In this document: one piece after another, positions 35,578 to 45,076 of the stretch
How positions within the stretch are numbered: the stretch's first letter is position 1
Layout: each line of letters opens with the position of its first letter
Source: an uncultured bacterium
Lineage (GTDB): Bacteria; Desulfobacterota; Dissulfuribacteria; Dissulfuribacterales; UBA3076
Length of the DNA stretch: 51,616 bases
Assembly (NCBI GenBank): GCA_965539945.1
Contig: CBETWD010000001.1
Location: 1 to 51,616 of the forward strand
Reading direction: 5' to 3'
The notes under the pieces: model-generated
Database searches by the model: none
What the model was told of the DNA's origin: nothing
The model's input: the letters and a program-made list of their open reading frames with translations, nothing else
Made by a program: the position numbers and the translations under genes

Positions 35578-36516
35578 TCAATCCTTCAATTCCTCACTCT
35601 CTTCATCAGGAATATTCACTTTGATATTTTGGGGTGTTATCTCCATTAATGTGAATCCTCCAGGGACAATACGTTCGGGCTCCACCGAATGGATGCCGGG
35701 CTCAAGCCCCTTTACTGAAATCCCAACATATATATCCGTGACCTTGATTTCTCTGAGATCCAGTATGGGTCCTCGTAAAGTCACGCTTACTATTCTGGGC
35801 CACCATAAAATATCTGACTTGGTTGTTTCAATCTGTACAGGTATATGAGTGATGCGCCTTGTCCCTTGGGCAGGCACTATATGTACAGTGACTTTATATG
35901 TTATTTTTTCTTCAGGTGATACGTTGAGTCCCTGAAGATCCAGGCCTACTTTCCTTGTAATATCATCCGAAGCCCCATCAAGCTCTACTGGGAATGTCCT
36001 TACCTCCTTCATAGCCTTTATTACATTTTCAGGCCCTGAAAGAACCATTCTCGGAGGATATACCTCCGTGTCTAGGACCTTGTGATATTTGGCAGCCATG
36101 CCTTTTAGAACAGGCTTTACTGGAAAATCGCTTAACACGAGAGGCTCCAGCACAATTTCAACATTGCTAGGCTGTGTTCTAAGTGCTCGAACCGCCCCGG
36201 GCAAAGAAAGGCTATCAGGTGATATATGGACAGTAATTTTGCCTGGTGTTGCGTCTTTAAGATCAATTACCCTCATGATACCCTTGGTAGTCATGGCGCG
36301 AATCATGCTGCGGGGGCCATAGACTTTAACATCAATATGAGAAGGAATATCGTTGGCTATTACCAGACCCGCGGGAATATTTACCAGTTCAAGTGGAATG
36401 GAAACATTTACCTCGGCCTTTTGCTCCCCAACCACAAAGAACCAAAGCAGCAAAGCAAATCCCAGTGAGAGCAACTTGAGAACCCAGTCTTTTCGAAAAA
36501 AAACTTGCCGGTGCAC
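35578..36516 (-). CDS. cdaR: YbbR-domain protein CdaR (regulator of diadenylate cyclase CdaA)
   Basis: 312 aa with an N-terminal TM and repeated YbbR-like beta modules. Conserved cdaA-cdaR-glmM order. Confidence 0.8.
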   Translation of the reverse strand: MHRQVFFRKDWVLKLLSLGFALLLWFFVVGEQKAEVNVSIPLELVNIPAGLVIANDIPSHIDVKVYGPRSMIRAMTTKGIMRVIDLKDATPGKITVHISPDSLSLPGAVRALRTQPSNVEIVLEPLVLSDFPVKPVLKGMAAKYHKVLDTEVYPPRMVLSGPENVIKAMKEVRTFPVELDGASDDITRKVGLDLQGLNVSPEEKITYKVTVHIVPAQGTRRITHIPVQIETTKSDILWWPRIVSVTLRGPILDLREIKVTDIYVGISVKGLEPGIHSVEPERIVPGGFTLMEITPQNIKVNIPDEESEELKD

Positions 36517-36519
36517 AGA

Positions 36520-37317
36520 CTAAACTATCCTCCTTCGCCACCATGGTTTTTCAGTCTCTTCAGATGCAAAGGCGTTATGCAGGATACGCCTGAGCGTGCC
36601 GGGATCTATATCTCTGGTGATTTTTCCGGCAATGGCCACAGAGAGACTGCCGGTCTCCTCAGAAACGACTACTACCACAGCATCGGTCTGTTCTGTTATA
36701 CCTATAGCCGCCCTGTGTCTGGTGCCCAGGCGTTTGCTGATGGTTGGGTTCGTGCTCAAGGGCAGCACGCATCCAGCCACTGAAAGCCTATTTTTTTGAA
36801 TAATTACCGCACCGTCATGTAACGGTGTCCCCTTGTCAAATATTGTACAGAGCAAAGCACGAGTTACTTGCCCGTCAATTGTCACTCCTGACTCAAGGTG
36901 GTCCATTAAGCCTACATTTCTCTCAAGTACTATCAAGGCACCTGTACGGCTCTCTGTTAAAGTAGTGACTGCCTTTGCAATCTCCTCAAGGGCCTGGAAG
37001 GTCTTTACCCGAAGTTTCGGAAAAGGAGTCTGACCCATCTGAGCCAGCGCCCTGCGAATATCGTCTTGAAACACTATTATGATGAGTAGAAACAAAGAGC
37101 TAAGGATCGTCCCAAGGAGCCAGTGAAGAGTGAAGAGTTTCAACTCCCCGGCTGCGAAATAAATCACAATAATTAAAGCCAGCCCTGCTGCCATCTGTAC
37201 AGCACGGGTTCCCCTGATAAGAAGGACGATACGGTATATGATGTAGGAGACTACCAAGATGTCCACTACATCCTGCCACCGAATTATTGGTATATATTGA
37301 GTAAGGCTCTCAAGCAT
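36520..37317 (-). CDS. cdaA: Diadenylate cyclase CdaA (DisA_N/DAC domain)
   Basis: 265 aa with three N-terminal TM helices. DAC motifs GALIV, LHDGAVII, GTRHRAA, VVSEETG. Confidence 0.9.
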   Translation of the reverse strand: MLESLTQYIPIIRWQDVVDILVVSYIIYRIVLLIRGTRAVQMAAGLALIIVIYFAAGELKLFTLHWLLGTILSSLFLLIIIVFQDDIRRALAQMGQTPFPKLRVKTFQALEEIAKAVTTLTESRTGALIVLERNVGLMDHLESGVTIDGQVTRALLCTIFDKGTPLHDGAVIIQKNRLSVAGCVLPLSTNPTISKRLGTRHRAAIGITEQTDAVVVVVSEETGSLSVAIAGKITRDIDPGTLRRILHNAFASEETEKPWWRRRIV

Positions 37318-37340
37318 TAAACATTACACTGTTTTATAGA

Positions 37341-37503
37341 TAATGCTGAATTTTGAATTGTGAATGTTGAATTAAGGTAAAAGGCATCCATTTAGGTCAT
37401 GGACAATTAACATATTAAGGTTACTTCCTGTGTGATTAAAGGTATATCTTTTTTAAATCTTCTTCCACAATTCAACATTCAACATTTAACATTCAACATT
37501 TTT
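37341..37503. mobile_element. Family D composite element, copy 2 (inverted relative to 18921-19017, with about 60 extra nt in the core)
   Basis: Arms AATGCTGAATTTTGAATTGTGAATGTTGAATTAAGG and CCACAATTCAACATTCAACATTTAACATTCAACATT. The core ends match copy 1. Confidence 0.8.
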
Positions 37504-37505
37504 TA

Positions 37506-38357
37506 TTAAAGGCTTTCTCTGCAAATAGCATCAACTACCTGGAGCACCTGCCTGGTGAGGGCAACATTATGGACCCGCACCAAATTCGCTCCCCTCATGG
37601 CTGATACTGCAATCGCACCCAGAGTAGCCACGTCACGCTTTCCTGCCTCTTCTATACCGGCTATTGCCCCCAGAAAGGCCTTCCGCGATACACCCACCAT
37701 GACCGGGACCCCTAACTCGGTAAACTCCTCCAAGCGATTAATCAATATCAGGTTGTCCTGAAAATTTTTTCCAAACCCAATGCCGGGATCAATCAGTATC
37801 TTTTCCTTGGGAATGCCCTTGCTATTGGCCCAGGCCATGCGTTTTTCCAAAAAGCCCTTGACTTCCCCAACCACATCTTCATAGTAGGGATCCACCTGCA
37901 TATCTTTAGGACTGCCCTTCATATGCATAAGTACAACAGGGGCTTCAAAGGCAGATGCCACATCGGCCATTTTGGGATCAAAACGCAGTGCACTGATATC
38001 GTTAATAATGTCAGCCCCCTCGTAAAGCGCGGCCTCAGCTACCTCAGCCTTCATAGTATCAACAGATATCAGGCAATCACTGATTTTCCGTATCTCCCTT
38101 ATAACAGGTATCATCCGGCGCAATTCTTCTTCCAGAGTAACAGGCTCTGAGAAAGGCCGGGTAGACTCCCCTCCTATGTCCAGGATGTCAGCTCCGGCAG
38201 CAACCAGCAAGGCAGCCTGCCGCCTAGCCCCTTCCGGGGAAGAGAATTTCCCACCATCTGAAAATGAATCAGGGGTTACGTTTATGACCCCCATGATATA
38301 TGTGCGAGAACCCCAGTGGAATGTATGCTCTTTTATAGCCAAACTGGGGAGAGCCAT
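37506..38357 (-). CDS. folP: Dihydropteroate synthase FolP
   Basis: 283 aa. GVINVTPDSFSDGG, DIGGESTRP, SVDT, GVSRK. Confidence 0.92.
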   Translation of the reverse strand: MALPSLAIKEHTFHWGSRTYIMGVINVTPDSFSDGGKFSSPEGARRQAALLVAAGADILDIGGESTRPFSEPVTLEEELRRMIPVIREIRKISDCLISVDTMKAEVAEAALYEGADIINDISALRFDPKMADVASAFEAPVVLMHMKGSPKDMQVDPYYEDVVGEVKGFLEKRMAWANSKGIPKEKILIDPGIGFGKNFQDNLILINRLEEFTELGVPVMVGVSRKAFLGAIAGIEEAGKRDVATLGAIAVSAMRGANLVRVHNVALTRQVLQVVDAICRESL

Positions 38358-38360
38358 CCT

Positions 38361-38372
38361 TGTAACCGTTCA
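38361..38372. repeat. Solo copy of the 12-mer GTAACCGTTCAC (the family F/A terminal motif)
   Basis: The exact 12-mer also occurs at 44889, 48109 and, as its reverse complement, at 13154 and 48342. Confidence 0.6.
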
Positions 38373-38415
38373 CACTTTTGGGCAGGGAGTGAATAATTGC
38401 GCCATTCTTGTAGTA

Positions 38416-40239
38416 TCAGGCGCCTGCCATTTGAATCTGAGTATCTTTTCGGCAGTTACTCATTATTTGTTCAATACTCGCTGCATCAAGGGATTCCTTC
38501 TCCAATAAGGCATTGGCAATACCGTGAAGGCAATCAATATTCTCTTGAATCGCGGATTTGGCTCGTTTGTATGAATCATGCACTATTTTCAGGATCTCTT
38601 GATCTATTCTCCGGGCGGTCTCCTCGCTGTAGTCCTTAACCTGGCTGAAGTCCCTGCCGAGAAACGGGTGTTCTTCCTTTTTGCCAAATGCTATCGGGCC
38701 AAGTCCATCACTCATACCCCACTCACAAACCATCTTTCTCGCCAGGTGTGAGGCCCTTTCAATGTCATTTCCAGCCCCGGTGGTAAATTCATTCATTATC
38801 AGTTCTTCCGCTACCCGGCCTCCCATGAGAATTGCAAGGTTGTTAAGAAGATATGACCGCGGATAGCTATGACGCTCTTCTTCCGGAAGCTGCTGGGTGA
38901 GCCCAAGGGCACGGCCCCTTGGTATGATGGTCACCTTATGAATCGGATCAGTGCCTGGGAGAATTTTTGCTACCAATGTGTGTCCTGCTTCATGGTAAGC
39001 AGTTATACGTTTTTCCTCATCCGAGATGATAAGGCTTTTTCTCTCAGTGCCCATGAGCACCTTGTCTTTTGCCTTCTCAAAGTCGGCCATGCTGACGGTC
39101 TCTTTGTTTTCTCTGGCTGCAAGAAGGGCTGCCTCGTTTACAAGATTTTCAAGGTCGGCCCCGGAAAACCCTGGTGTACCCCTGGCAATTACTGACAGTT
39201 CAACATCCGGTCCAAGCGGAATATTATTCACGTGTACCTTCAATATCTTTTCACGTCCCCTGAGATCGGGTACAGGGACAACTACCTGTCGATCAAAACG
39301 GCCAGGTCTTAACAAGGCCGGATCCAGTACATCAGGCCTGTTGGTAGCTGCAACCAAAATGACCCCTTCAGCGCTCTCAAAACCGTCCATTTCCACCAGG
39401 AGCTGATTTAACGTCTGTTCCCTTTCATCATGTCCGCCCCCGAGACCGGCACCTCTGTGACGGCCTACTGCATCTAACTCATCAATGAAAATGATGCATG
39501 GTGCATTCTTTTTTGCCTGGACAAAGAGGTCTCTTACCCTGGAAGCACCCACACCAACAAACATTTCCACAAAGTCAGACCCGCTGATAGTAAAAAACGG
39601 TACATCCGCTTCTCCGGCTATGGCCCTGGCCAGAAGAGTTTTCCCTGTACCGGGTGATCCGATCAGCAGGACACCCTTTGGAATTCTTCCACCGAGACGG
39701 GTGAACTTTTTGGGATCTTTCAAAAAGTCAATTATTTCCTCCAGTTCCTCCTTGGCCTCTTCTATGCCTGCCACATCTTCAAATGTAACCTTGGTACCCT
39801 GATCAGTAACAAGCTTGGCCTTGCTGCGACCAAAGGACAGGGCGCGGCCACCCCCTGTCTGCATCTGTCTCATGAAGAAAATCCATACGCCTATGAGGAG
39901 CAACATTGGAAACCAGGAAATCAGCAATGCAAGATACCAAGGTGTATCCTCGACCGGTTTTACCTGGATAGTAACCCCTTTTTCTTTTAACAAGTGCATC
40001 ATATCGGGGTCCTGGACAGGTATTACAGTAAGAAAAGGCGCCTGGTTCTCAAATGCACCGTCAAGTTTGTCTCCTTGGATAACAACACTGGTCACCTCAC
40101 CTTTTTCAACATGTTCCAAAAAGTCGCTGTAAGGGATCTCCGGTATTGATTTCTGGGGCTCGTTAAAAAGATTGAATATAAAGACCATTATAAGGCCGAT
40201 AACAAGCCACAGGCTCAAGTTCCTGTAAAAGGTGTTCAA
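38416..40239 (-). CDS. ftsH: ATP-dependent zinc metalloprotease FtsH
   Basis: 607 aa with a TTG start after GGAGGA. Walker A GSPGTGKT, Walker [30 protein letters not shown], and zinc motif HEAGH. Confidence 0.97.
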   Translation of the reverse strand: MNTFYRNLSLWLVIGLIMVFIFNLFNEPQKSIPEIPYSDFLEHVEKGEVTSVVIQGDKLDGAFENQAPFLTVIPVQDPDMMHLLKEKGVTIQVKPVEDTPWYLALLISWFPMLLLIGVWIFFMRQMQTGGGRALSFGRSKAKLVTDQGTKVTFEDVAGIEEAKEELEEIIDFLKDPKKFTRLGGRIPKGVLLIGSPGTGKTLLARAIAGEADVPFFTISGSDFVEMFVGVGASRVRDLFVQAKKNAPCIIFIDELDAVGRHRGAGLGGGHDEREQTLNQLLVEMDGFESAEGVILVAATNRPDVLDPALLRPGRFDRQVVVPVPDLRGREKILKVHVNNIPLGPDVELSVIARGTPGFSGADLENLVNEAALLAARENKETVSMADFEKAKDKVLMGTERKSLIISDEEKRITAYHEAGHTLVAKILPGTDPIHKVTIIPRGRALGLTQQLPEEERHSYPRSYLLNNLAILMGGRVAEELIMNEFTTGAGNDIERASHLARKMVCEWGMSDGLGPIAFGKKEEHPFLGRDFSQVKDYSEETARRIDQEILKIVHDSYKRAKSAIQENIDCLHGIANALLEKESLDAASIEQIMSNCRKDTQIQMAGA

Positions 40240-40328
40240 AAGTAATCCTCCGCTACAATAGTATATTTTTTAAATATAAATCAAAATATATAATAAATCA
40301 AAATAACGGATTGAATACAATAATTATT

Positions 40329-41768
40329 TTATTTTATCCACTGAAGTGAAAGTGCTTTTCCGCTTGTTTGAACGAGCCTATAGGGATGAGAGACTTCAAC
40401 CCCCACTACTGCCACTACTTCTTTGCCGCTGGTGAGTAATGGCAAAGAATCTCTGACCCCACGGGGAATTTTGCTTGAGATCAAGAATTTCTTGAGCTTA
40501 AAAGGCGCTGGGGCGCCAAAGGGCCAAAAAATTTCCCCAGGCCTTCTTGTCCTGAGATCCAGAGGAAACTTAACGGCCTCAGGATTTAACCACAGCGGCC
40601 TGAAATACTCCTTTCGATTTCGGGACCTGAAGTCACCTGCAACATTTGAGAGTGAAATCTCCACGTATCCCTTTCCACGAGGGGCAGGCCAACGCCCGGG
40701 TCCGGTAACGCCTATAGAACAACTCGCGCCATTTGAATCTAAAATCTGTTCTTCGGGATCGGAAGATGAAATAAACAGCTCTTCATATCTCCTAAATGCC
40801 ACAGCATCTCCGGGCAGCCTGCATGAGGCGCAAGGGTCTTTACAGGTAGTAACCAACTTATCTATCCCCAAGAGGTGGTCGGTTCTCACCCTGCCGCTGA
40901 ATAGTCTTAAATCCCTCAGGGCCATTCTGTAGATCCTGCGGCGAATCGGCCCTGGATGCCCCTTAATCTTTTTTATACTGAAGCCCAGTTTTTCCTCCCG
41001 GGAAGAGGATGACAAAGAATCCCTATATGCCGTTTCTGCCATCTTTTCCAACAACTGATGATCTTCCGCCAGCATCTCTGCCGTGCGATTAACAGTACGC
41101 ACAATGGCAGGGTTGAAATCCTCAGCCAGAAGCGGCAGGAGGTCTTTGCGAATGCGATTGCGCAGATATGCCCTGCTATTATTAGATTGATCTATTACGA
41201 ATGGGATGTCATGGGCCTTAAGATGGCCCAGGATCTGCTGCCTGGTTATACCAAGGAGCGGACGGACTATGTAGTTATCTCTTACCCAGGGGATTCCACT
41301 GAGTCCCGGAAGGCCTGCACCTCTGATCAACCGCATCAGTACTTCTTCTGCCTGGTCGTCAGCAGTATGTGCTGTGGCAATATACGTGCTCTCAGTATCG
41401 GCACGTACACGTTCCAGAAAATCGTACCTGAGGATCCGGGCAGCTTCCTGAATTCCTATGCCCTCTCTATCGGCAAAGGCCCTGACATTGCCATGCTCAA
41501 TGGAGAAACCGAGTCCAAAATCATGGGACAGTTTTTCTACAAAACGGGCATCGTCTCCGGATTCCCGGCCCCTGAGGCCGTGCTCAAAGTGGGCTACCTC
41601 AAGGCCCAGTCCCCACTGGCTACTCAATAAATACAGAATGTGCAGCAGACAGACCGAATCCGGCCCGCCTGAAACAGCCGTTACTATCTTGCTCCCGGGT
41701 TCAAAAAGTTCCTTGCGCCTGATAGTCAGTTTGATCAGTGAAATTAGAGATGAAATATCAGATCCCAT
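40329..41768 (-). CDS. tilS: tRNA(Ile)-lysidine synthase TilS
   Basis: PP-loop SGGPDS. TilS substrate-binding and C-terminal domains. The start is uncertain: ATG 41768 is chosen here, and the track GTG 41843 would overlap the upstream gene by 52 nt. Confidence 0.85.
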   Translation of the reverse strand: MGSDISSLISLIKLTIRRKELFEPGSKIVTAVSGGPDSVCLLHILYLLSSQWGLGLEVAHFEHGLRGRESGDDARFVEKLSHDFGLGFSIEHGNVRAFADREGIGIQEAARILRYDFLERVRADTESTYIATAHTADDQAEEVLMRLIRGAGLPGLSGIPWVRDNYIVRPLLGITRQQILGHLKAHDIPFVIDQSNNSRAYLRNRIRKDLLPLLAEDFNPAIVRTVNRTAEMLAEDHQLLEKMAETAYRDSLSSSSREEKLGFSIKKIKGHPGPIRRRIYRMALRDLRLFSGRVRTDHLLGIDKLVTTCKDPCASCRLPGDAVAFRRYEELFISSSDPEEQILDSNGASCSIGVTGPGRWPAPRGKGYVEISLSNVAGDFRSRNRKEYFRPLWLNPEAVKFPLDLRTRRPGEIFWPFGAPAPFKLKKFLISSKIPRGVRDSLPLLTSGKEVVAVVGVEVSHPYRLVQTSGKALSLQWIK

Positions 41769-41791
41769 GCCCGTTGTGATATTGATCTGCG

Positions 41792-43645
41792 TCAGTGCCC
41801 GGCGGCTCTTAGTTCCTGTACCAGCGTCAAAGGGATCTCCCACTTGTTGAGAGGACTGATCAAATAAAGTCCGTCAGCGAACTGAGTGATGTCGGCAATC
41901 AGCTTCCTGGTTAGGTCCAGGGCCGCCTTTCGTTGGTCTTCGACCTTTTCATACTTCCACAGATGTTCTCGAATCTCCCTGGGAATTGAAATGCCTGGGA
42001 TTTCGTTGTGCAGGAAATCCGCATTTCTGGCAGATATGAGGGGAAAGATACCTGTGAAAACCAAGAGGTCCAGGTGTTGCGTCCGTTCCATCATGGCCTC
42101 TACGGCATCTCGATCAAAAATTGGTTGCGTCATGACAAAATGTGCACCCAGATCGGCCTTTCGTTCCAGCCTGCTGATCTGGAGATCAGGATTGGCGGGA
42201 TGATAGCTGAAGGCCACACCAATAGAGAAATCGGTCCGCTTTTTCATTGAGGCCCCTGCCATGTTCAGCCCGTGGTTGAGCTGATCTATCATCTGCACCA
42301 GGCCAAAGGAGTGGACATCGAATACTCCGCTCACACCGGGCTGATCCGTGGAGGTGGCCGGATCTCCAGTGACAGCCAAGATGGCCTCTAATCCAAGGAC
42401 ATGAGCTCCCATAATCTGTGCCTGAAGACCCAAGATATTCCGATCCCTGCAGGTCAGATGAAGTACTGTCTGTATCCCTGTCTCCTCCCGTATTCTGTGT
42501 GCAAGGGACAGATTGTCCGCCCGTAGAACGGCCAGGGGGTGTTCGGCGAGAGTGATGGCATCAGCGCCCGCCTCGGCTAAGGCCCGTGCTCCGGTAAGAA
42601 TTCCCTCTACATCCAGATGCCTGGGAGGATCTACTTCCACAAGCACTGGAATGCGGTCGGATCTCAGGCTCTCGATCATTCCGCCCCTGCCAATGGAGTC
42701 CTTTCTGTCTTCGGGCAAATCAGAGGATTTCTCCACGCTGGTTACAACCCGTGTGGTCTTGTGTCTTTTGAGGTGGAGGTGCTTTCTGAATTCATGGATA
42801 TGGGCCGGTGTAGTACCGCAGCACCCGCCAATCAACCGGACTCCGAACTTGACCATTTCAGCCACTTTGTCGGCCATATATGCCGGCGGTGTCGAATATA
42901 CCATGCGGTGTTCTACGATCTCAGGGAGTCCGGCATTGGGAAACGCTGAAAGGAAAACCTCATCTTTGAGGGGAGACAGCCGCTTAACTGCTGAGAGCAT
43001 AGCCTTGACTCCCCGTCCGCAATTGGTACCAACGACCGTGGCCCCTGCAGCGGCTGTTGCCCTGCCACAATCCAAGGCGTCCAGGCCGATGGCTGTCCGC
43101 CCGTGGAACGGGTAGACCATCTGGGCCACAATCGGGATTTCGGGTGCAATTTTTTTGGCCGTCTCAATGGCCAAAAGCAGTTCGTCCAGGTAGGTAAAGG
43201 TCTCAAGAATGAACAGATCCACCCCGCCTTCCAACAGGGCAGTCATCTGTTCAACAAAGGCCTCCTGTACTGTGCCGGACTCAACCTCATCATTCTCAAG
43301 TGGAAAATTTACACCTGTCGGGCCGATTGATCCGGCCACAAAAATCTCATTCCCTGCAGCCCGGCATGCCAGCTCAGCCCCCTTAAGATTAATTTCTCGC
43401 ACCTTATGCTCATGGCCGACCCTGAGCATTTTGAAACGATTGGCACCAAAGGTATTGGTCTCAATGAGTTCGCTCCCGGCCCGAATGTATTCCTCATGAA
43501 TGGAATAGACCAGGTCCGGATCGCTGATGTTAAGCAAATCAGTATTCTTTGCGAGGTCTACACCTTTTTCAAAGAGATAGGTCCCAAAGGCGCCATCTCC
43601 CAATATGACTTTCTCGTTAAGGTATTCTACGAAGTTATGTTTCAT
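41792..43645 (-). CDS. Bifunctional homocysteine S-methyltransferase domain / 5,10-methylenetetrahydrofolate reductase (YitJ-like)
   Basis: 617 aa. The N-terminal Hcy-binding domain has ILGDGAFGT..ETNTFGAN..GGCCGTTP. The C-terminal MTHFR-like sequence has EVDPP..LHLTCRD..AVTGDP. Confidence 0.85.
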   Translation of the reverse strand: MKHNFVEYLNEKVILGDGAFGTYLFEKGVDLAKNTDLLNISDPDLVYSIHEEYIRAGSELIETNTFGANRFKMLRVGHEHKVREINLKGAELACRAAGNEIFVAGSIGPTGVNFPLENDEVESGTVQEAFVEQMTALLEGGVDLFILETFTYLDELLLAIETAKKIAPEIPIVAQMVYPFHGRTAIGLDALDCGRATAAAGATVVGTNCGRGVKAMLSAVKRLSPLKDEVFLSAFPNAGLPEIVEHRMVYSTPPAYMADKVAEMVKFGVRLIGGCCGTTPAHIHEFRKHLHLKRHKTTRVVTSVEKSSDLPEDRKDSIGRGGMIESLRSDRIPVLVEVDPPRHLDVEGILTGARALAEAGADAITLAEHPLAVLRADNLSLAHRIREETGIQTVLHLTCRDRNILGLQAQIMGAHVLGLEAILAVTGDPATSTDQPGVSGVFDVHSFGLVQMIDQLNHGLNMAGASMKKRTDFSIGVAFSYHPANPDLQISRLERKADLGAHFVMTQPIFDRDAVEAMMERTQHLDLLVFTGIFPLISARNADFLHNEIPGISIPREIREHLWKYEKVEDQRKAALDLTRKLIADITQFADGLYLISPLNKWEIPLTLVQELRAAGH

Positions 43646-43669
43646 CGGTCTGCCCGCATCTCCATTTAA

Positions 43670-43838
43670 CCTAAATTGAGCGATTAGCTATTAGCTTAAT
43701 GATTATCGGTCTACCGCCCTGACAAGCAGGATGTTTTGCTATTACAAACTTTCACCCGTTGGGTGTTATTTCTAATTAACGCAATGCCCTGATTTTTCAA
43801 AGCTAAACGCTAATGGCTAACAGCTAATCGCTCAACTT
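43670..43838. mobile_element. Family E MITE-like element, copy 2 (interior inverted relative to copy 1, different internal module)
   Basis: It shares the TAGC-rich arms and most of the core with 19472-19680. It lacks the 19560-19609 hairpin module and carries about 22 different nt instead. Confidence 0.8.
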
Positions 43839-43935
43839 GGGTTCCTTGTAGTCCCATATTATTTCATCGGACGAACAACCTATTTACTAGAATACCACGA
43901 ACATTCGCCCATAAATATACGCTAAGGAATTTTAA

Positions 43936-44139
43936 TTACAACCTGACAAGACTTTCATCGATGACATATTCGCCATAAAATATGACATTGTCCCAAGTAA
44001 TGGGGCTTATGTGCTCAATCAACTGATTGGCGATGCAGTTTCCTTTCCCTCCGGATCACATTCCAGCGCGACCCGATTGATCTCTTGTGCTTGCCAGTAA
44101 ACGATACAGGCCAGAATCAAAGCTAAGCAGCCTGTTCAT
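43936..44139 (-). pseudogene. Small ORF translationally coupled to mazF (ATGA overlap), interrupted by one in-frame TGA (27 + 39 codons); unknown family
   Basis: MNRLLSFDSGLYRLLASTRDQSGRAGM-TGA-SGGKGNCIANQLIEHISPITWDNVIFYGEYVIDESLVRL. The ATG at 44139-44137 overlaps the mazF stop. Confidence 0.3.
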
Positions 44140-44447
44140 AAATTGAGTGCAAAGAGTATTGCTGTGCGCACTTGCTTCAGTTTTTCGGGTGGAAGCGTCG
44201 TAATGAGTGAGCCTATTTTTGCCTTTGGCAAGGTCTGGATATGATCGAAATTGATAGTACAATCTTCCGGCATATCATCATGTTTGGTCAGGAACACTTC
44301 GCTTGGTATGTCCTTGATCGTCGTTGTGATCGGTGCAACAGTGACTTCTCCGAGGTATTCCAAAATGGAATCGCGGGTCAGAATCAAGACAGGACGTTTT
44401 TTGTCAGGAGCCTTGAATTTATACCATCTGATTTCCCCTCTTCTCAT
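44136..44447 (-). CDS. mazF: Type II toxin, MazF/PemK family endoribonuclease
   Basis: 103 aa. RGEIRWYKF..KRPVLILTRD..VAPITTT..INFDHIQTL fits the PemK/MazF pattern. It overlaps the upstream antitoxin gene by ATGA. Confidence 0.8.
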   Translation of the reverse strand: MRRGEIRWYKFKAPDKKRPVLILTRDSILEYLGEVTVAPITTTIKDIPSEVFLTKHDDMPEDCTINFDHIQTLPKAKIGSLITTLPPEKLKQVRTAILFALNL

Positions 44448-44677
44448 TCATGCCCCCAATGCTGTTCTTTTTCCCATACACTGAACTCAGCCTTGTTCAC
44501 GGGATGTAACTTATACCCCCGCCGGTGTTTCTCTTCAAGACGACAAACGTTGAAATGATCGATTGCATCACGCAAAGCATTTCGGGTAAAAGCAGATCGT
44601 GTCGTTTTGAGCTCCTTCACAAGTTTGTCCACCGATTTGACCAGGTCATCATCTAAGGTCATTTGTATTGTGCGCAT
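44444..44677 (-). CDS. Ribbon-helix-helix (CopG-like) antitoxin
   Basis: 77 aa from an ATG after GGAGGA. MRTIQMTLDDDLVKSVDKLVKELKTTRSAFTRNALRDAI is a classic RHH pattern. The track ORF extends to 44779. Confidence 0.75.
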   Translation of the reverse strand: MRTIQMTLDDDLVKSVDKLVKELKTTRSAFTRNALRDAIDHFNVCRLEEKHRRGYKLHPVNKAEFSVWEKEQHWGHE

Positions 44678-44888
44678 AATCATCCTCCAAATCATGTGGC
44701 ATTTTGTATCTATGATATTCCATATTAATGAGTATTTCAAGGAGGCCGCACAGGGCTTGGCATTCCGATTTAAGTTCATTCAGAAACAGCATTATTTTCC
44801 TGTTGGAACACCTAATTCCCCTGCCTTTAAGTTCTGCAAATATGGACGCCAGCTTTACATTACTTGTACGGCCCTACAAAGAAAAAAG

Positions 44889-45047
44889 GTAACCGTTCAC
44901 GGGATTACAACGCCCGTTTTACCGCAATCCGCCGAACTGTAAGTGTTTACAGGGTGCTGCAGATGCGAGGCGGAGGGTACGCAGACGTACTCCCTGTACT
45001 TCAAGTGCCCGACAACAAAGCAGATGCAGTGCCCTGTGAACGCTTAC
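44889..45047 (-). mobile_element. Family F 160-bp element, copy 2
   Basis: It is the reverse complement of 13006-13165 with about a dozen differences by eye. Same termini. Confidence 0.8.
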
Positions 45048-45076
45048 AAAAAAAGCAACGAGTAAACTGGTAGCAG

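Noticed and set aside
41769-41843. GTG start at 41843 for tilS
   Set aside because: It would overlap the upstream gene by 52 nt and add a non-conserved 25-aa extension. The ATG at 41768 is preferred, although its SD is weak.
43646-43900. Possible SAM (S-box) riboswitch upstream of the YitJ-like gene
   Set aside because: I could not find the conserved S-box helices or junction motifs. The leader is almost entirely the family E repeat. A covariance-model scan is needed to be sure.
44055-44078. In-frame TGA of the third toxin-antitoxin-linked ORF as a selenocysteine codon
   Set aside because: There is no convincing SECIS-like stem-loop at the expected distance; only a 5-bp stem lies about 27 nt downstream. 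There is also no redox motif around the TGA. A nonsense mutation is more parsimonious.
44056-44262. 68-aa ORF overlapping the mazF 3' half
   Set aside because: Its upstream part is an out-of-frame overlap with mazF. Only the portion downstream of the mazF stop (from the ATG at 44139) is plausible, and it is reported separately as an interrupted ORF.
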